Below, one piece after another: positions 41,341-50,860 of a stretch of DNA of 52,757 nt. The notes beneath the pieces are model-generated. The model did not search any database, had not been told where the DNA came from, and saw only the letters and a list, made by a program, of their open reading frames with translations. Position 1 is the first letter of the stretch, and the number at the start of each line of letters is the position of its first letter. Source of the stretch: Gloeobacterales cyanobacterium (lineage in GTDB: Bacteria > Cyanobacteriota > Cyanobacteriia > Gloeobacterales > PMM-0068); assembly GCA_038245785.1 (NCBI GenBank), contig JBBRSB010000034.1, positions 1 through 52,757 of the forward strand. The letters are read 5' to 3'. Made by a program: the position numbers and the translations under genes.

Positions 41341-42138
41341 GTGAGAGTCAGCAACACACTTCTTAATAAAAGCGGCTTTGTTTTGGGAGGGGTAATTATC
41401 CTTTTGGCCAGCTTCTGGTATGGATTCAATAACGGTTTGATGCCAAAGGAAGCCAGTGTCGAAGCTGGGCTTATTGACACCCTATTTAATTCAATGATGG
41501 TGGTGGCGACGGTCATTTTTCTGGGCGTGCAGGGTATGTTGATCTACTCGATGATCCGCTTCCGCCATAGAGAAGGAGATGACGGGGATGGCTTACCTTT
41601 GCATGGCGACCCTGGTCTTGAGATTCTCTGGACAGCCATCCCGACTGTTTTAGTGCTGTGGCTATCTATTTACAGCTTTAACGTAAGTCAGCGAATTGCA
41701 GGTAGCGACCCTTCGATTCACCACAACAACCAAAACTATATAGAAAAGGAAGCGGCGGTGGCTCTAGCGGTTCCTGGGTCAAAACCTATAGGCACTCCTT
41801 TAGTGGTTAAAGTGAAAGCCCAGCAATATGGCTGGTCATACACGTATCCAGGGGCCAAAGAGGAAGTGGGTGAACTGCATGTCCCTATTGGTAAGGAAGT
41901 TGTCCTTCGCATGCAGTCTATGGATGTGATTCATGGCTTTTGGGTGCCAGAGTTTCGCCTCAAGCAGGATGTAATTCCTGGGCAGACTACAGAGGTGCGA
42001 TTTACGCCTGTGCGGGCTGGAGAATACACCATCAATTGCACCCAATTATGTGGTCCCTATCACGGGGTAATGCGCAGTCTAGCCGTCGTGCAAGAGCCTA
42101 AAGCCTATCAAGCCTGGCTCAAAGAGAACGTCAAATAG
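41341..42138 (+). CDS. coxB: Cytochrome c oxidase subunit II
   Basis: LEILWTAIP, DVIHGFWVP, CuA motif CTQLCGPYHGVM. Confidence 0.96.
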   Translation: MRVSNTLLNKSGFVLGGVIILLASFWYGFNNGLMPKEASVEAGLIDTLFNSMMVVATVIFLGVQGMLIYSMIRFRHREGDDGDGLPLHGDPGLEILWTAIPTVLVLWLSIYSFNVSQRIAGSDPSIHHNNQNYIEKEAAVALAVPGSKPIGTPLVVKVKAQQYGWSYTYPGAKEEVGELHVPIGKEVVLRMQSMDVIHGFWVPEFRLKQDVIPGQTTEVRFTPVRAGEYTINCTQLCGPYHGVMRSLAVVQEPKAYQAWLKENVK

Positions 42139-42149
42139 CCTCGAGGGCT

Positions 42150-43817
42150 TTGACCCATAAGGAAGTAAAAATGGTAGATGCTTTACAAAGATTTCCAGAG
42201 ATGGAGCCACCCACTGGGTGGCGGACCTACTTTAGTTTCAGTACAGACCACAAGGTCATCGGCATTCAATATTTAGTAACGACTTTCGGCTTCTACATGA
42301 TTGGTGGCTTCTTAGCCATGCTGATTCGGGCTGAACTGCTGACGCCTGCTTCCGATTTTGTAGACCCAGCCGTATACAACAGTCTGTTTACGATCCACGC
42401 GACGATCATGATCTTTTTGTGGATTATCCCAGCGCTATTCGGTTTTGGTAACTATCTAGTGCCGCTGATGATCGGGGCAAGGGATATGGCCTTCCCTAGG
42501 CTGAATGCCTTGAGCTTCTGGCTGATCCCGCCTGGAGGCATCTTGCTGATGAGCAGTTTCTTCTGGGGAGCAGCCGGTGCAGGCTGGACTTCTTACCCAC
42601 CGCTCAGCATTCAAGACCCCAAACTTGGGGAGGCCATCTGGATTAGTAGCGTCACCATCCTGGGAACCTCTTCGATCATGGCGGCACTTAACTTTGCAAC
42701 CACCATCTTGAAAATGCGCACCAAGGGAATGGATCTTTTCCGGATGCCTCTCTTTGTATGGAGTGTTTTGGTTACTTCGGGTATTACCCTTTTAGGCACC
42801 CCTGTATTAACAGGAGCGGTTATTCTCTTGGGGTTTGATCTTCTGGTGGGCACTTCATTCTTTAACCCCACAGGGGGTGGCAACCCAATTGTTTACCAGC
42901 ATATGTTCTGGTTTTACTCTCACCCTGCGGTTTACATCATGGTCTTGCCCGCCATGGGGCTTATTTCGGAGATCCTGCCGATCTTCGCTCGTAAACCAAT
43001 CTTCGGATACAAGGCAATCGCCATCTCCAGTATGAGCATCTCCGTTTTGGGCTTTATTGTCTGGGCCCACCATATGTTTACTTCTGGAACTCCAGAGTGG
43101 ATGCGGATGTTCTTTATGATCACCTCCATGGTGATTGCGGTGCCGACTGGAGTTAAGGTATTTAGCTGGGTTGCAACCCTCTGGGGTGGCAAGATCCGCT
43201 TTACTTCGGCCATGCTCTTTGCCCTAGGGTTTGTATCTCTCTTCGTGATTGGCGGACTGAGTGGAATTATTCTGGCTTCGGTTCCCGTTGATATCCACGT
43301 CCACAACACCTACTTTGTAGTAGCCCACCTGCACTATGTCCTATTCGGTGGCAGCGTCTTTGCTATCTACGCGGGGTTCTATTGCTGGTTCCCCAAAATG
43401 ACTGGACGTTTACTAAATGAGTTTTGGGGCAAGATACACTTTTTCCTCACCTTCGTTGGATTCAACCTCTGTTTTCTGCCGATGCATACTTTGGGCTTGC
43501 AGGGAATGCCTCGTCGCGTAGCAGATTACGATCCACAGTTTGCACAGCTCAATGTGATTGTCAGTATGGGTGGATTCCTTTTAGGAATTTCTACGCTGCC
43601 CTTCATTGTCAATGCCGTCTGGAGCTGGTCGAGAGGCAAAGAAGCCGGGCCGAATCCTTGGAATGCTCTGACTCTAGAATGGACTACAAGCTCTCCACCC
43701 CCCGTGGAGAACTTTGATAAGTTACCAGAAGTCTATGCTCCTCCCTACTGGTACGGCAGTACTCTTGAGGAAGTCAAAAAGGCTGCCCTGAGCGGCGGCA
43801 CAGTCGGAAAACACTAG
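42150..43817 (+). CDS. ctaD: Cytochrome c oxidase subunit I, A2 type (start may be ATG 42171)
   Basis: TDHKVIG, FWFYSHPAVY, WAHH, AHLH, GMPRR. Confidence 0.98.
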   Translation: MTHKEVKMVDALQRFPEMEPPTGWRTYFSFSTDHKVIGIQYLVTTFGFYMIGGFLAMLIRAELLTPASDFVDPAVYNSLFTIHATIMIFLWIIPALFGFGNYLVPLMIGARDMAFPRLNALSFWLIPPGGILLMSSFFWGAAGAGWTSYPPLSIQDPKLGEAIWISSVTILGTSSIMAALNFATTILKMRTKGMDLFRMPLFVWSVLVTSGITLLGTPVLTGAVILLGFDLLVGTSFFNPTGGGNPIVYQHMFWFYSHPAVYIMVLPAMGLISEILPIFARKPIFGYKAIAISSMSISVLGFIVWAHHMFTSGTPEWMRMFFMITSMVIAVPTGVKVFSWVATLWGGKIRFTSAMLFALGFVSLFVIGGLSGIILASVPVDIHVHNTYFVVAHLHYVLFGGSVFAIYAGFYCWFPKMTGRLLNEFWGKIHFFLTFVGFNLCFLPMHTLGLQGMPRRVADYDPQFAQLNVIVSMGGFLLGISTLPFIVNAVWSWSRGKEAGPNPWNALTLEWTTSSPPPVENFDKLPEVYAPPYWYGSTLEEVKKAALSGGTVGKH

Positions 43818-43825
43818 CGCAGGGA

Positions 43826-44500
43826 ATGATTGCCATGCAACAAACTTCACCCAATGAACCTACGGCTTCATCGCCTACTTCTTCCGCCGCTGCCGCCAGT
43901 GTAGGTATGGGAGCCACAGCCGAGTCCAAAGCTCTTCAACATCATGAAGAGCATGAACATGGAGACATGCGACTTTTCGGGTTTACCATCTTCTTGATTT
44001 CAGAGACCATGCTCTTTCTGGGCTTGTTCTCTGCCTTGCTCACCTATCGAAGTGTAGCTCTTGTTTGGCCACCTGTTGGAACTCCAGAGTTAGAAAAACT
44101 GATTCCTGCTATCAACACGGTAATCCTAATTACCAGTAGTTTGGTGATTCATCAGGCGTCTGACGCGATTAAGAAGAACAATCTCAAGGGTGTACGTCAG
44201 AGCTTTCTGATAACCCTGCTGATGGGGGCAACCTTCTTAGGCGGTCAGATTTGGGAATATGCCCATCTATCCTTTGGCCTGAAAAGTGGCATCTTTGGGT
44301 CCACTTTCTATGTGCTGACTGGGTTCCATGGTCTCCACGTATTCGTTGGGCTGCTGCTGATGGCAACGGTCATATTCCGTTCGATGAAGCCTAAGCACTA
44401 CACGGCACAAAGCCACTTTGGCATCGAAGCAACCAGCCTCTACTGGCACTTTGTCGATGTAGTCTGGATTTTCCTATTCCTGCTGCTTTACGTCCTATGA
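43826..44500 (+). CDS. ctaE: Cytochrome c oxidase subunit III
   Basis: FLISETMLF, TGFHGLHV, YWHFVDVVW. Confidence 0.96.
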   Translation: MIAMQQTSPNEPTASSPTSSAAAASVGMGATAESKALQHHEEHEHGDMRLFGFTIFLISETMLFLGLFSALLTYRSVALVWPPVGTPELEKLIPAINTVILITSSLVIHQASDAIKKNNLKGVRQSFLITLLMGATFLGGQIWEYAHLSFGLKSGIFGSTFYVLTGFHGLHVFVGLLLMATVIFRSMKPKHYTAQSHFGIEATSLYWHFVDVVWIFLFLLLYVL

Positions 44501-45258
44501 AATTCAGTGCGATTGTTTGGCCTGTTCTCTCCATGGTGGGAGGAGGGGCCTGGCTTGTGTTGAATTTCTTTGCCTTCAGTAGTCCAGGGGATCATCTATG
44601 GCAGCAGACTCTTTTGGAATATCAAGGTCACATAGCTCTGCTGGGTCTATTTTTAGTACTCTTGGCTGGCCCTTTGCGCCGCAGGCTCCCTGGTTTAGTT
44701 GAAGATCGTCGTTGGCTAGGACTGATTGTGTTTGGCTTTGCCTGTGCCCATAGTCTTGGAGCCTTTCAGCATACGCTGGGGGGGAACTGGTGGGCTTTTG
44801 AATTTCTTTCCCCCCGCAATCAATATGCTTTATGGATGGGAGTGGCTTCACTCTTATTACTTGTTCCTCTAGTTCTAACCAGCACGAACACGGCGATCAA
44901 GCGACTCGGAAAATTTTGGAGATGGCTGCATCAGTTGGTCATCCCTGCTTTAATCCTGGCTATGGCCCATACGATATTGATGGGGGTTCATTATCCTCTG
45001 GACAAAGCCTGGGGCATGGGCGCTGCGGCTTTAGTCCTGGGAGCAGGCGTTACTGTATTTTGGGTGCGCAATCAGAAGTACAAAAAAGCCGTAGCCGTTA
45101 AACCCGTCATGGTGAAGCTCGGCGATACCTGGTCTTTATCCCTGATGCAGTATTTTCTCTTATTTGTCGGTGCCGCTTTACTCGTGATGAATATAATCGC
45201 TATGTTTGCCCCTGGCATACTAGGCTTACCAACAGCTCCTACGCAGAACAGCTTATGA
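44497..45258 (+). CDS. MsrQ/YedZ-like ferric-reductase transmembrane heme-b protein
   Basis: RRWLGL..F...CAH, PLVLTS, RLGKFWRWLH, AMAH; ATGA overlap with ctaE. Confidence 0.85.
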   Translation: MKFSAIVWPVLSMVGGGAWLVLNFFAFSSPGDHLWQQTLLEYQGHIALLGLFLVLLAGPLRRRLPGLVEDRRWLGLIVFGFACAHSLGAFQHTLGGNWWAFEFLSPRNQYALWMGVASLLLLVPLVLTSTNTAIKRLGKFWRWLHQLVIPALILAMAHTILMGVHYPLDKAWGMGAAALVLGAGVTVFWVRNQKYKKAVAVKPVMVKLGDTWSLSLMQYFLLFVGAALLVMNIIAMFAPGILGLPTAPTQNSL

Positions 45259-45261
45259 TTT

Positions 45262-46026
45262 TCATGCTTTGGCCTGTAAAAACGCATCAACTTGGGTGAA
45301 TACTTTGTCCCGTTCTATATCCAAAGGGCTTATATGGTCTGACTCTTGTAACCAATAAAGTTTCTTAATAGAAGAGCCTAAAGTGTCATAGATGAACTCT
45401 GCTCCCCCAGGGTCTACCACCGTATCTCGAGAGGGTTGAATAATAAGGGTAGGAACTTTAATTTCTGACAGTTTTGGCTTTACATGATCAATCAATCTCA
45501 GGGCACTACGGGTAGAAGCTAGGTTAAAACTGCCAAGATACTTCGCTTGTTCCGCTTCTACTCTCATTGTTTTGTCCCGAATCGGTAATCTTAGACGAGG
45601 GACGTCATCAATGAGTTGACCGATAGAAAATAGATAGGCCTCGGGAGAAAGCAGATGGTACCATTCATGCTTGATTGAAATGAATGGACTGAGTAGAACC
45701 AGCCTTTGGATATCATAGGCACTCGCCAAGTACAATGCCAAAGGACATCCTGTGGAAAAACCAACAACTGAAACAGATGCATATCTTTGAACTAGTTTTT
45801 GATAGCTTTTTAAAATATGCTCGTACCACTGATCCCAAGTAGAAGCAGGCATCTTTGAGGTAGGGCGGTCATGCCCCGGATAATTAATTGCTTGGACCGT
45901 TAATCCCTGCCAAAATAAATACTTGCCCAACAATTCCAATTCATAGACTCCTCCCCCTAAGCCATGAAGTAAGAGACAGGCATGCTCTTGTGAATTTTCT
46001 AGAAAAAATGGATCGTTGGTCAACAT
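45262..46026 (-). CDS. Alpha/beta hydrolase (carboxylesterase/lipase); ATG 46026 preferred as start
   Basis: LLLHGLGG, GFSTG nucleophile elbow, D.VV, SDH. Confidence 0.9.
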   Translation of the reverse strand: MLTNDPFFLENSQEHACLLLHGLGGGVYELELLGKYLFWQGLTVQAINYPGHDRPTSKMPASTWDQWYEHILKSYQKLVQRYASVSVVGFSTGCPLALYLASAYDIQRLVLLSPFISIKHEWYHLLSPEAYLFSIGQLIDDVPRLRLPIRDKTMRVEAEQAKYLGSFNLASTRSALRLIDHVKPKLSEIKVPTLIIQPSRDTVVDPGGAEFIYDTLGSSIKKLYWLQESDHISPLDIERDKVFTQVDAFLQAKA

Positions 46027-46119
46027 AAAGTGTCCGTAAGCAAGATTCTCTATTTGTATGCCAGACCTGAGGGGATGGGGAGAAGGTCTAGGACAGTTTT
46101 TGTTGTGTCTAATTAGGAT

Positions 46120-47298
46120 ATGACTCCAATGACAGACCCCTCTCTGCCTCAACGCCTTTGGGAGCTAGCTCTACTATTTTTAAGACTAGGCTGCACCAGT
46201 TTTGGCGGTCCAGCGGTCCACATCGCCATGTTGGAAGACGAAGTGGTGAAGCGCCGAGCTTGGATGAGTCGGGAGTATTTTCTAGACCTCCTAGGAGCTA
46301 CGAACTTAATTCCAGGACCAAATTCCACAGAAATGGCCCTCCACGTTGGATATACGAGGGCTGGACTTCCAGGACTGACTTTGGCAGGTTTTTGTTTCAT
46401 TCTTCCTGCTTTTCTAATTACTTTGGGGTTTGCCTGGGTTTATCAAGAGCTTCAAACAGTACCAGTGCTGGCTTCTTTTCTCTATGGAATAAAGCCTGCC
46501 ATTCTTATTGTCATTCTGTTTGCCGTCTGGAAACTGGGAAAGACAGCCCTCAAAAGTTGGAAACTGGGTGTCCTGGGATTGGGTGTTATTTCAGCGCTCC
46601 TTTTCGGCATGAATGAGGTCTTGGTCCTGCTCTTGGGCAGTGCGGTCGGAACCCTCTGGCTCTGGCAGCCAGCCGCCTTAAAGAGACCGAAGAGATTGGA
46701 AATCTTTGCTTTGATAGCGCTGCTTCCGATGGGGGCTGCCCATGCCACTAGCACTTTACCTACGACAGTCTCCCTAGCCAAGCTCGGCTGGTTTTTCCTC
46801 AAGACAGGGTCGGTCCTCTTTGGCAGCGGTTATGTGTTGGTTGCTTTTTTAGATACTAGTTTGGTCAGCGATTATGGCTGGTTGACGAGACAGCAATTAT
46901 TAGACGCCGTTGCCGTGGGGCAATTCACTCCAGGGCCAGTTCTTTCTACCGCTACGTTCGTCGGTTACTTAATTGCGGGCTTCCCAGGAGCTTTAGTTTC
47001 AACCATAGGAATTTTTCTACCTTCCTTTTTTTTCGTAGCGCTGCTCAATCCGCTGATCCCCCGCTTGCGCAGTGCTGCATGGACCTCGGCCTTTCTAGAT
47101 GCGGTCAATCTCTGTGCGGTGGCCCTGTTGAGCGTAGTGGTGGTAAAACTTCTGCCTTCTAGCCTGCCTGATTGGCCGACGTGGCTGATTGCAGCAGTGT
47201 CTGGCATTGCCCACTGGCGCTGGCAGCTTAATTCCGTTTGGTTGGTTCTAGGAGGAGCTTTCTATGGTTGGCTCTTTGTCTCGCTGGGCTATGCCTGA
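46120..47298 (+). CDS. chrA: Chromate efflux transporter
   Basis: FLRLG.TSFGGP..HIAM, IPGPNSTE, FGSGYVL, GQFTPGP. Confidence 0.95.
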   Translation: MTPMTDPSLPQRLWELALLFLRLGCTSFGGPAVHIAMLEDEVVKRRAWMSREYFLDLLGATNLIPGPNSTEMALHVGYTRAGLPGLTLAGFCFILPAFLITLGFAWVYQELQTVPVLASFLYGIKPAILIVILFAVWKLGKTALKSWKLGVLGLGVISALLFGMNEVLVLLLGSAVGTLWLWQPAALKRPKRLEIFALIALLPMGAAHATSTLPTTVSLAKLGWFFLKTGSVLFGSGYVLVAFLDTSLVSDYGWLTRQQLLDAVAVGQFTPGPVLSTATFVGYLIAGFPGALVSTIGIFLPSFFFVALLNPLIPRLRSAAWTSAFLDAVNLCAVALLSVVVVKLLPSSLPDWPTWLIAAVSGIAHWRWQLNSVWLVLGGAFYGWLFVSLGYA

Positions 47299-47585
47299 AA
47301 TTCCTGATCAATGGATTGGGCCAAAGCGAAATCTTTCTCTGTGATCCCTCCCTGATCATGGCTAGACAACGAAAATTTTACTTTGTTATAACTATGGATC
47401 AGAATATCTGGATGGTGCCCTGACGCTTCGGCATGACGGCCCACGCGAATAACGAATGCTAAAGCCGTTACAAAATCTTTGAGCTTAAAGTCCTTTTTCA
47501 ATTCTTGGCTTTCGCAGATCCAACCAGGGAACGCTCCTAGTTTTTCTTGGATTTCAGTTTTATTGAGGAGGGACATACAGACCAC
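47289..47585 (-). CDS. phhB: Pterin-4-alpha-carbinolamine dehydratase (start may be ATG 47576)
   Basis: F..ALAFV..V...AE..GHHPD, SHDQGGITEKDF.LA. Confidence 0.92.
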   Translation of the reverse strand: MVCMSLLNKTEIQEKLGAFPGWICESQELKKDFKLKDFVTALAFVIRVGRHAEASGHHPDILIHSYNKVKFSLSSHDQGGITEKDFALAQSIDQEFQA

Positions 47586-47613
47586 GAATAATTCGTCCAG
47601 TCTGCATTCTAGG

Positions 47614-47754
47614 CTAGAAAAGAGCTGCTAACTGGTCTGTAGTAATAAATCCTAAACGCCAGAGGATGATTTCCAAAGGACCTTGCTCTCTTCTTTGGAG
47701 CTTTCTGGCTAGGGCTAGCTGAGCCGCTGTCACTAAACTTTCCACTTTTTTCAT
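47614..47754 (-). CDS. Small DUF2949-like protein (46 aa), absent from the ORF track
   Basis: Translated by hand: MKKVESLVTAAQLALARKLQRREQGPLEIILWRLGFITTDQLAALF*, matching the GPL.MILW..G.IT..QL pattern. Confidence 0.8.
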   Translation of the reverse strand: MKKVESLVTAAQLALARKLQRREQGPLEIILWRLGFITTDQLAALF

Positions 47755-47844
47755 AGGACTTTAGGACTTATTGTTGAGGAGTGTTAACTTGCTTAACAAA
47801 TTAACACGGTTTGTTTATTTGATCCCCATGTCTTAGAGAAAGTT

Positions 47845-48417
47845 TTAGCCTGCTAGGGCAACGGTAACAATCCATACATCGATGAAGAACATCAAGGTGA
47901 CACAGCCTAATAGGGTCAGATACATCCAGGGTTGCGCTAAAGGTTTGACTCTAGTGGTGTCGATCCCCGTATAGGCTTCTAATTCCCTCAAGAAACGAGC
48001 AAAGCCAGCAATACGCATCGGCAATAAGTAAGCCTCTTGTGCATCTCGGCGGACTAAATAATGTACGCGTCCTCCCTGACCTGTGGGACGGCTGCGAATA
48101 TCCTTTACTTCAGACCAATCGAGTGACCACCCTTTGACCAAAAAGTTGGGGACCCAGGACGCATATTCTACCCGTACGCCTTGACCATCGACCTGGACCC
48201 GTTGGCTCATCAATCCAACTAAGACGATAAAACCGCTCAAGACACCAATCACGGCTGCTGGTAATGAATCGGTATTCTTCTGATGGACCATCAAGAAGGG
48301 AAGCGGGCATACCAAAACAAACAGCAATCCGTACAACGTATAGCGGATCAGTGGAGAAACCCGAAACAAGATCGTCTCTTGCTCTTTTCCCTGCTTAACT
48401 TCAGTGTTGCCCAACAT
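47845..48417 (-). CDS. Conserved cyanobacterial membrane protein (PH-like soluble domain)
   Basis: FRVSPLIR.TL, TGQGGRVHY, LLPMRIAGFAR, PLAQPWMY. Confidence 0.8.
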   Translation of the reverse strand: MLGNTEVKQGKEQETILFRVSPLIRYTLYGLLFVLVCPLPFLMVHQKNTDSLPAAVIGVLSGFIVLVGLMSQRVQVDGQGVRVEYASWVPNFLVKGWSLDWSEVKDIRSRPTGQGGRVHYLVRRDAQEAYLLPMRIAGFARFLRELEAYTGIDTTRVKPLAQPWMYLTLLGCVTLMFFIDVWIVTVALAG

Positions 48418-50119
48418 GAGCTCTCAAGGCTTCCATTCCCTGGCGATTGCAGAAATCCCCAAAACTCTCTTCAGGCTGTTTGGCTTCTTTGAAGTAGGTC
48501 AGAATAGGCATAAGGACATCCAGCAAGGCATCTGCTTGGACCCGCTCTTTATAGATTTGGTTTAATCTCGTGCCGTGTAGGTCACCTGCTAGGTAGAGGT
48601 CATAGGCATTCAGCCCACTACCAACCAAGCCGATATCTCCCATATAAGGACGGGCGCAACCATTAGGGCAACCTGTCATCCGGATAGCGATTTTTTCGCC
48701 CTCTAGGCCCAACGTTGCTAACCCCTGTTCCATCAAATCAATCAAGCCAGGTAAGAACCGTTCAGACTCTGTCAGCGCCAGGCTGCACGTGGGCAATGCC
48801 GGACAGGCCATGGCATAACGCCGAGCCGGAGAAATATCTTCTACAGGCTGCACTCCATGGTCTAACAAGAGGGCATCAATAGCGGCCCTATCTTCTGGTT
48901 TGACGTCTAAAAGAAGAATGTTGTGGTTTGGGGTCAGGCGCAGGTTGTAGCCATAGGTCTGGACGAGTGTTCTCAAGGCTGTCCTTAGTCTCAGGGTTCC
49001 CTGGTCATGGATGCGACCGTTCTCGATGGAAATTCCGAGGAACCACTGCCCATCTCCCTGTTCATGCCAGCCCAGATAATCTTCAAACTGCCAAGCGGGG
49101 AGTTCCCGCCAAGGACCAAGCTTTTTACCCGCATACTCTTCAACTTGCTGCCGGAACCAGTCAATTCCTCGGTCGTTGATCAGATACTTCATCCGCGCAT
49201 GCTTGCGGTTGTGGCGGTCTCCATAGTCTCTTTGGACCATGACCACGGCTCTTGTAAAATCAACCACTTCATCCACCTTGCAGAAGCCAAGATGGTCCGC
49301 TTTGCGAGGGAATGTTTCCGGGGCTCCATGAGAGCGGCCCAAGCCCCCGCCAACGGTGAGGTTAAATCCCACGTGCTGGCCCTGTTCATCAAAAATGAGG
49401 ACTAACCCTAGATCCTGGGTATAGATATCGACGGAATTGTCCGAAGGAACTGTGGTTGTTACCTTGAACTTCCGAGGCATATAAGTCTTACCGTAGAGGG
49501 GCTCATCCTCTGGCTCTTGGCTGGTATAGACTCTTTGACTGTTTTCTTCACCGTTGTCACCCTCGGTAGCCCAAACTTCCACGTAGGCCTTCGTCTTCGG
49601 TAGCAGCTCGTCACTGATAGATTGAGCATAGGCTCGGGCTAACTTGTAGGGCTCATCGGTAAAAGGAGCGGCTGGCCCCATCACATTGCGACTAATATCT
49701 CCACAGGCGCCAAGCGTTGTTCCCAAGTGTGTCTTCACGGCCTGGATGACGGTGGGGAGACCATACTTGGAGACGCCATGAAGCTGAAAGCCCTGACGGG
49801 TAGTCAGACGCATCGTGCCAACGCCCACTTCATCCGCGAGCTTGTCCAACGCCAGGTAAAGGGCCGCTGAACAATCTCCTGCAGGATTTTTGGTGCGCAC
49901 CATAAACGAGTAGTGAGGCCCTAAGCCCTGCTGCTTAAGCTGTTTGCGCTCATCACGGTTATCCTGTTGATAGATGCCGTGAAACTTCAGGATCATCTGA
50001 TCGTCGGTACCGAAAGAGGGCGTATCCTGCTGGAGTCCCTCAACAATGCCTCCCCTCAGATAATGACTTTTCTCTTTGATAGTTTCGGCTTTGGATTGCT
50101 TAGAAGGCGTACTGACCAT
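48401..50119 (-). CDS. sir: Ferredoxin-dependent sulfite reductase
   Basis: LKFHGIYQQDNRD, RLTTRQ, PRKFK, RKHARMKY, ACPALPTC and RMTGCPNGC siroheme/FeS ligands. Confidence 0.96.
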   Translation of the reverse strand: MVSTPSKQSKAETIKEKSHYLRGGIVEGLQQDTPSFGTDDQMILKFHGIYQQDNRDERKQLKQQGLGPHYSFMVRTKNPAGDCSAALYLALDKLADEVGVGTMRLTTRQGFQLHGVSKYGLPTVIQAVKTHLGTTLGACGDISRNVMGPAAPFTDEPYKLARAYAQSISDELLPKTKAYVEVWATEGDNGEENSQRVYTSQEPEDEPLYGKTYMPRKFKVTTTVPSDNSVDIYTQDLGLVLIFDEQGQHVGFNLTVGGGLGRSHGAPETFPRKADHLGFCKVDEVVDFTRAVVMVQRDYGDRHNRKHARMKYLINDRGIDWFRQQVEEYAGKKLGPWRELPAWQFEDYLGWHEQGDGQWFLGISIENGRIHDQGTLRLRTALRTLVQTYGYNLRLTPNHNILLLDVKPEDRAAIDALLLDHGVQPVEDISPARRYAMACPALPTCSLALTESERFLPGLIDLMEQGLATLGLEGEKIAIRMTGCPNGCARPYMGDIGLVGSGLNAYDLYLAGDLHGTRLNQIYKERVQADALLDVLMPILTYFKEAKQPEESFGDFCNRQGMEALRAHVGQH

Positions 50120-50286
50120 GGCGTTTTGTTACGGGAATTTATTGCGTTTACGGCTATGGTACCGTCAATCCCCAGTTTGTGGAGCGACATTTAGGAGTTT
50201 CTTAAACAGTCCCCATTCCCCGAAACAAAAAAACCTGTTTGGGTACACTATTCAGATAAGCTAAACACTGACTGGAATTAGCCTAC

Positions 50287-50679
50287 ATGTCTTCCTCAAG
50301 AAATTATGAACAGCAACCTTCGGAGCCCCAGGTTCTTGACGCGCGGATCATGGCAAGCTTGAGAGACTTGCAAGCAGATGATGAGCCTGACTTTTTGGCT
50401 GAGATCATTGACACCTTCTTGGAAGATGGCCCGAAGCGGCTAGATGCTATCCAAGAAGCAATTAACCTCGGAGATACTGACCAGCTCCACCGCCTAGCCC
50501 ACAGCTTTAAGGGGGCTAGCTCTAGCTTGGGAGCCCTGTCGTTTTCTTCAATATGTGGCCAATTAGAAGTGGCAGGGCGCTCAGGAGCCATACCTGAGGC
50601 CAAGCAACTGTTCTCTACTTTGTGCAGTGAATATGAAAAAGTGCGGGTGGCCCTTGTGGAAGAGCGAGATAGCCCATAG
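50287..50679 (+). CDS. Standalone Hpt phosphotransfer protein
   Basis: AHSFKGASSSLGA, C..LE. Confidence 0.92.
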   Translation: MSSSRNYEQQPSEPQVLDARIMASLRDLQADDEPDFLAEIIDTFLEDGPKRLDAIQEAINLGDTDQLHRLAHSFKGASSSLGALSFSSICGQLEVAGRSGAIPEAKQLFSTLCSEYEKVRVALVEERDSP

Positions 50680-50860
50680 AAATTTGTGCGTACAATACTT
50701 CTTGCTAAGGCAGGTCTTGGGTCGTGAAGCTTCGTAACATAATCTTTCGCTTCACTCCGCTCCTAAGCCCTATGGGGTAAGCTTTTATGCTTAAGAAGCC
50801 TATCAACCCTGCGGTAGATTGCCTGCTCAAGCACGCTTAGTACATTAAGAAGGTAAGACG

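Noticed and set aside
42037..42072. CoxB CuA motif has Q in place of E (CTQLC)
   Set aside because: That residue ligates copper through its backbone and Q variants are known; all Cys, His and Met ligands are present.
46027..46152. N-terminal extension of the hydrolase in the ORF track
   Set aside because: It overlaps the divergent chrA start and looks non-coding; ATG 46026 fits better.
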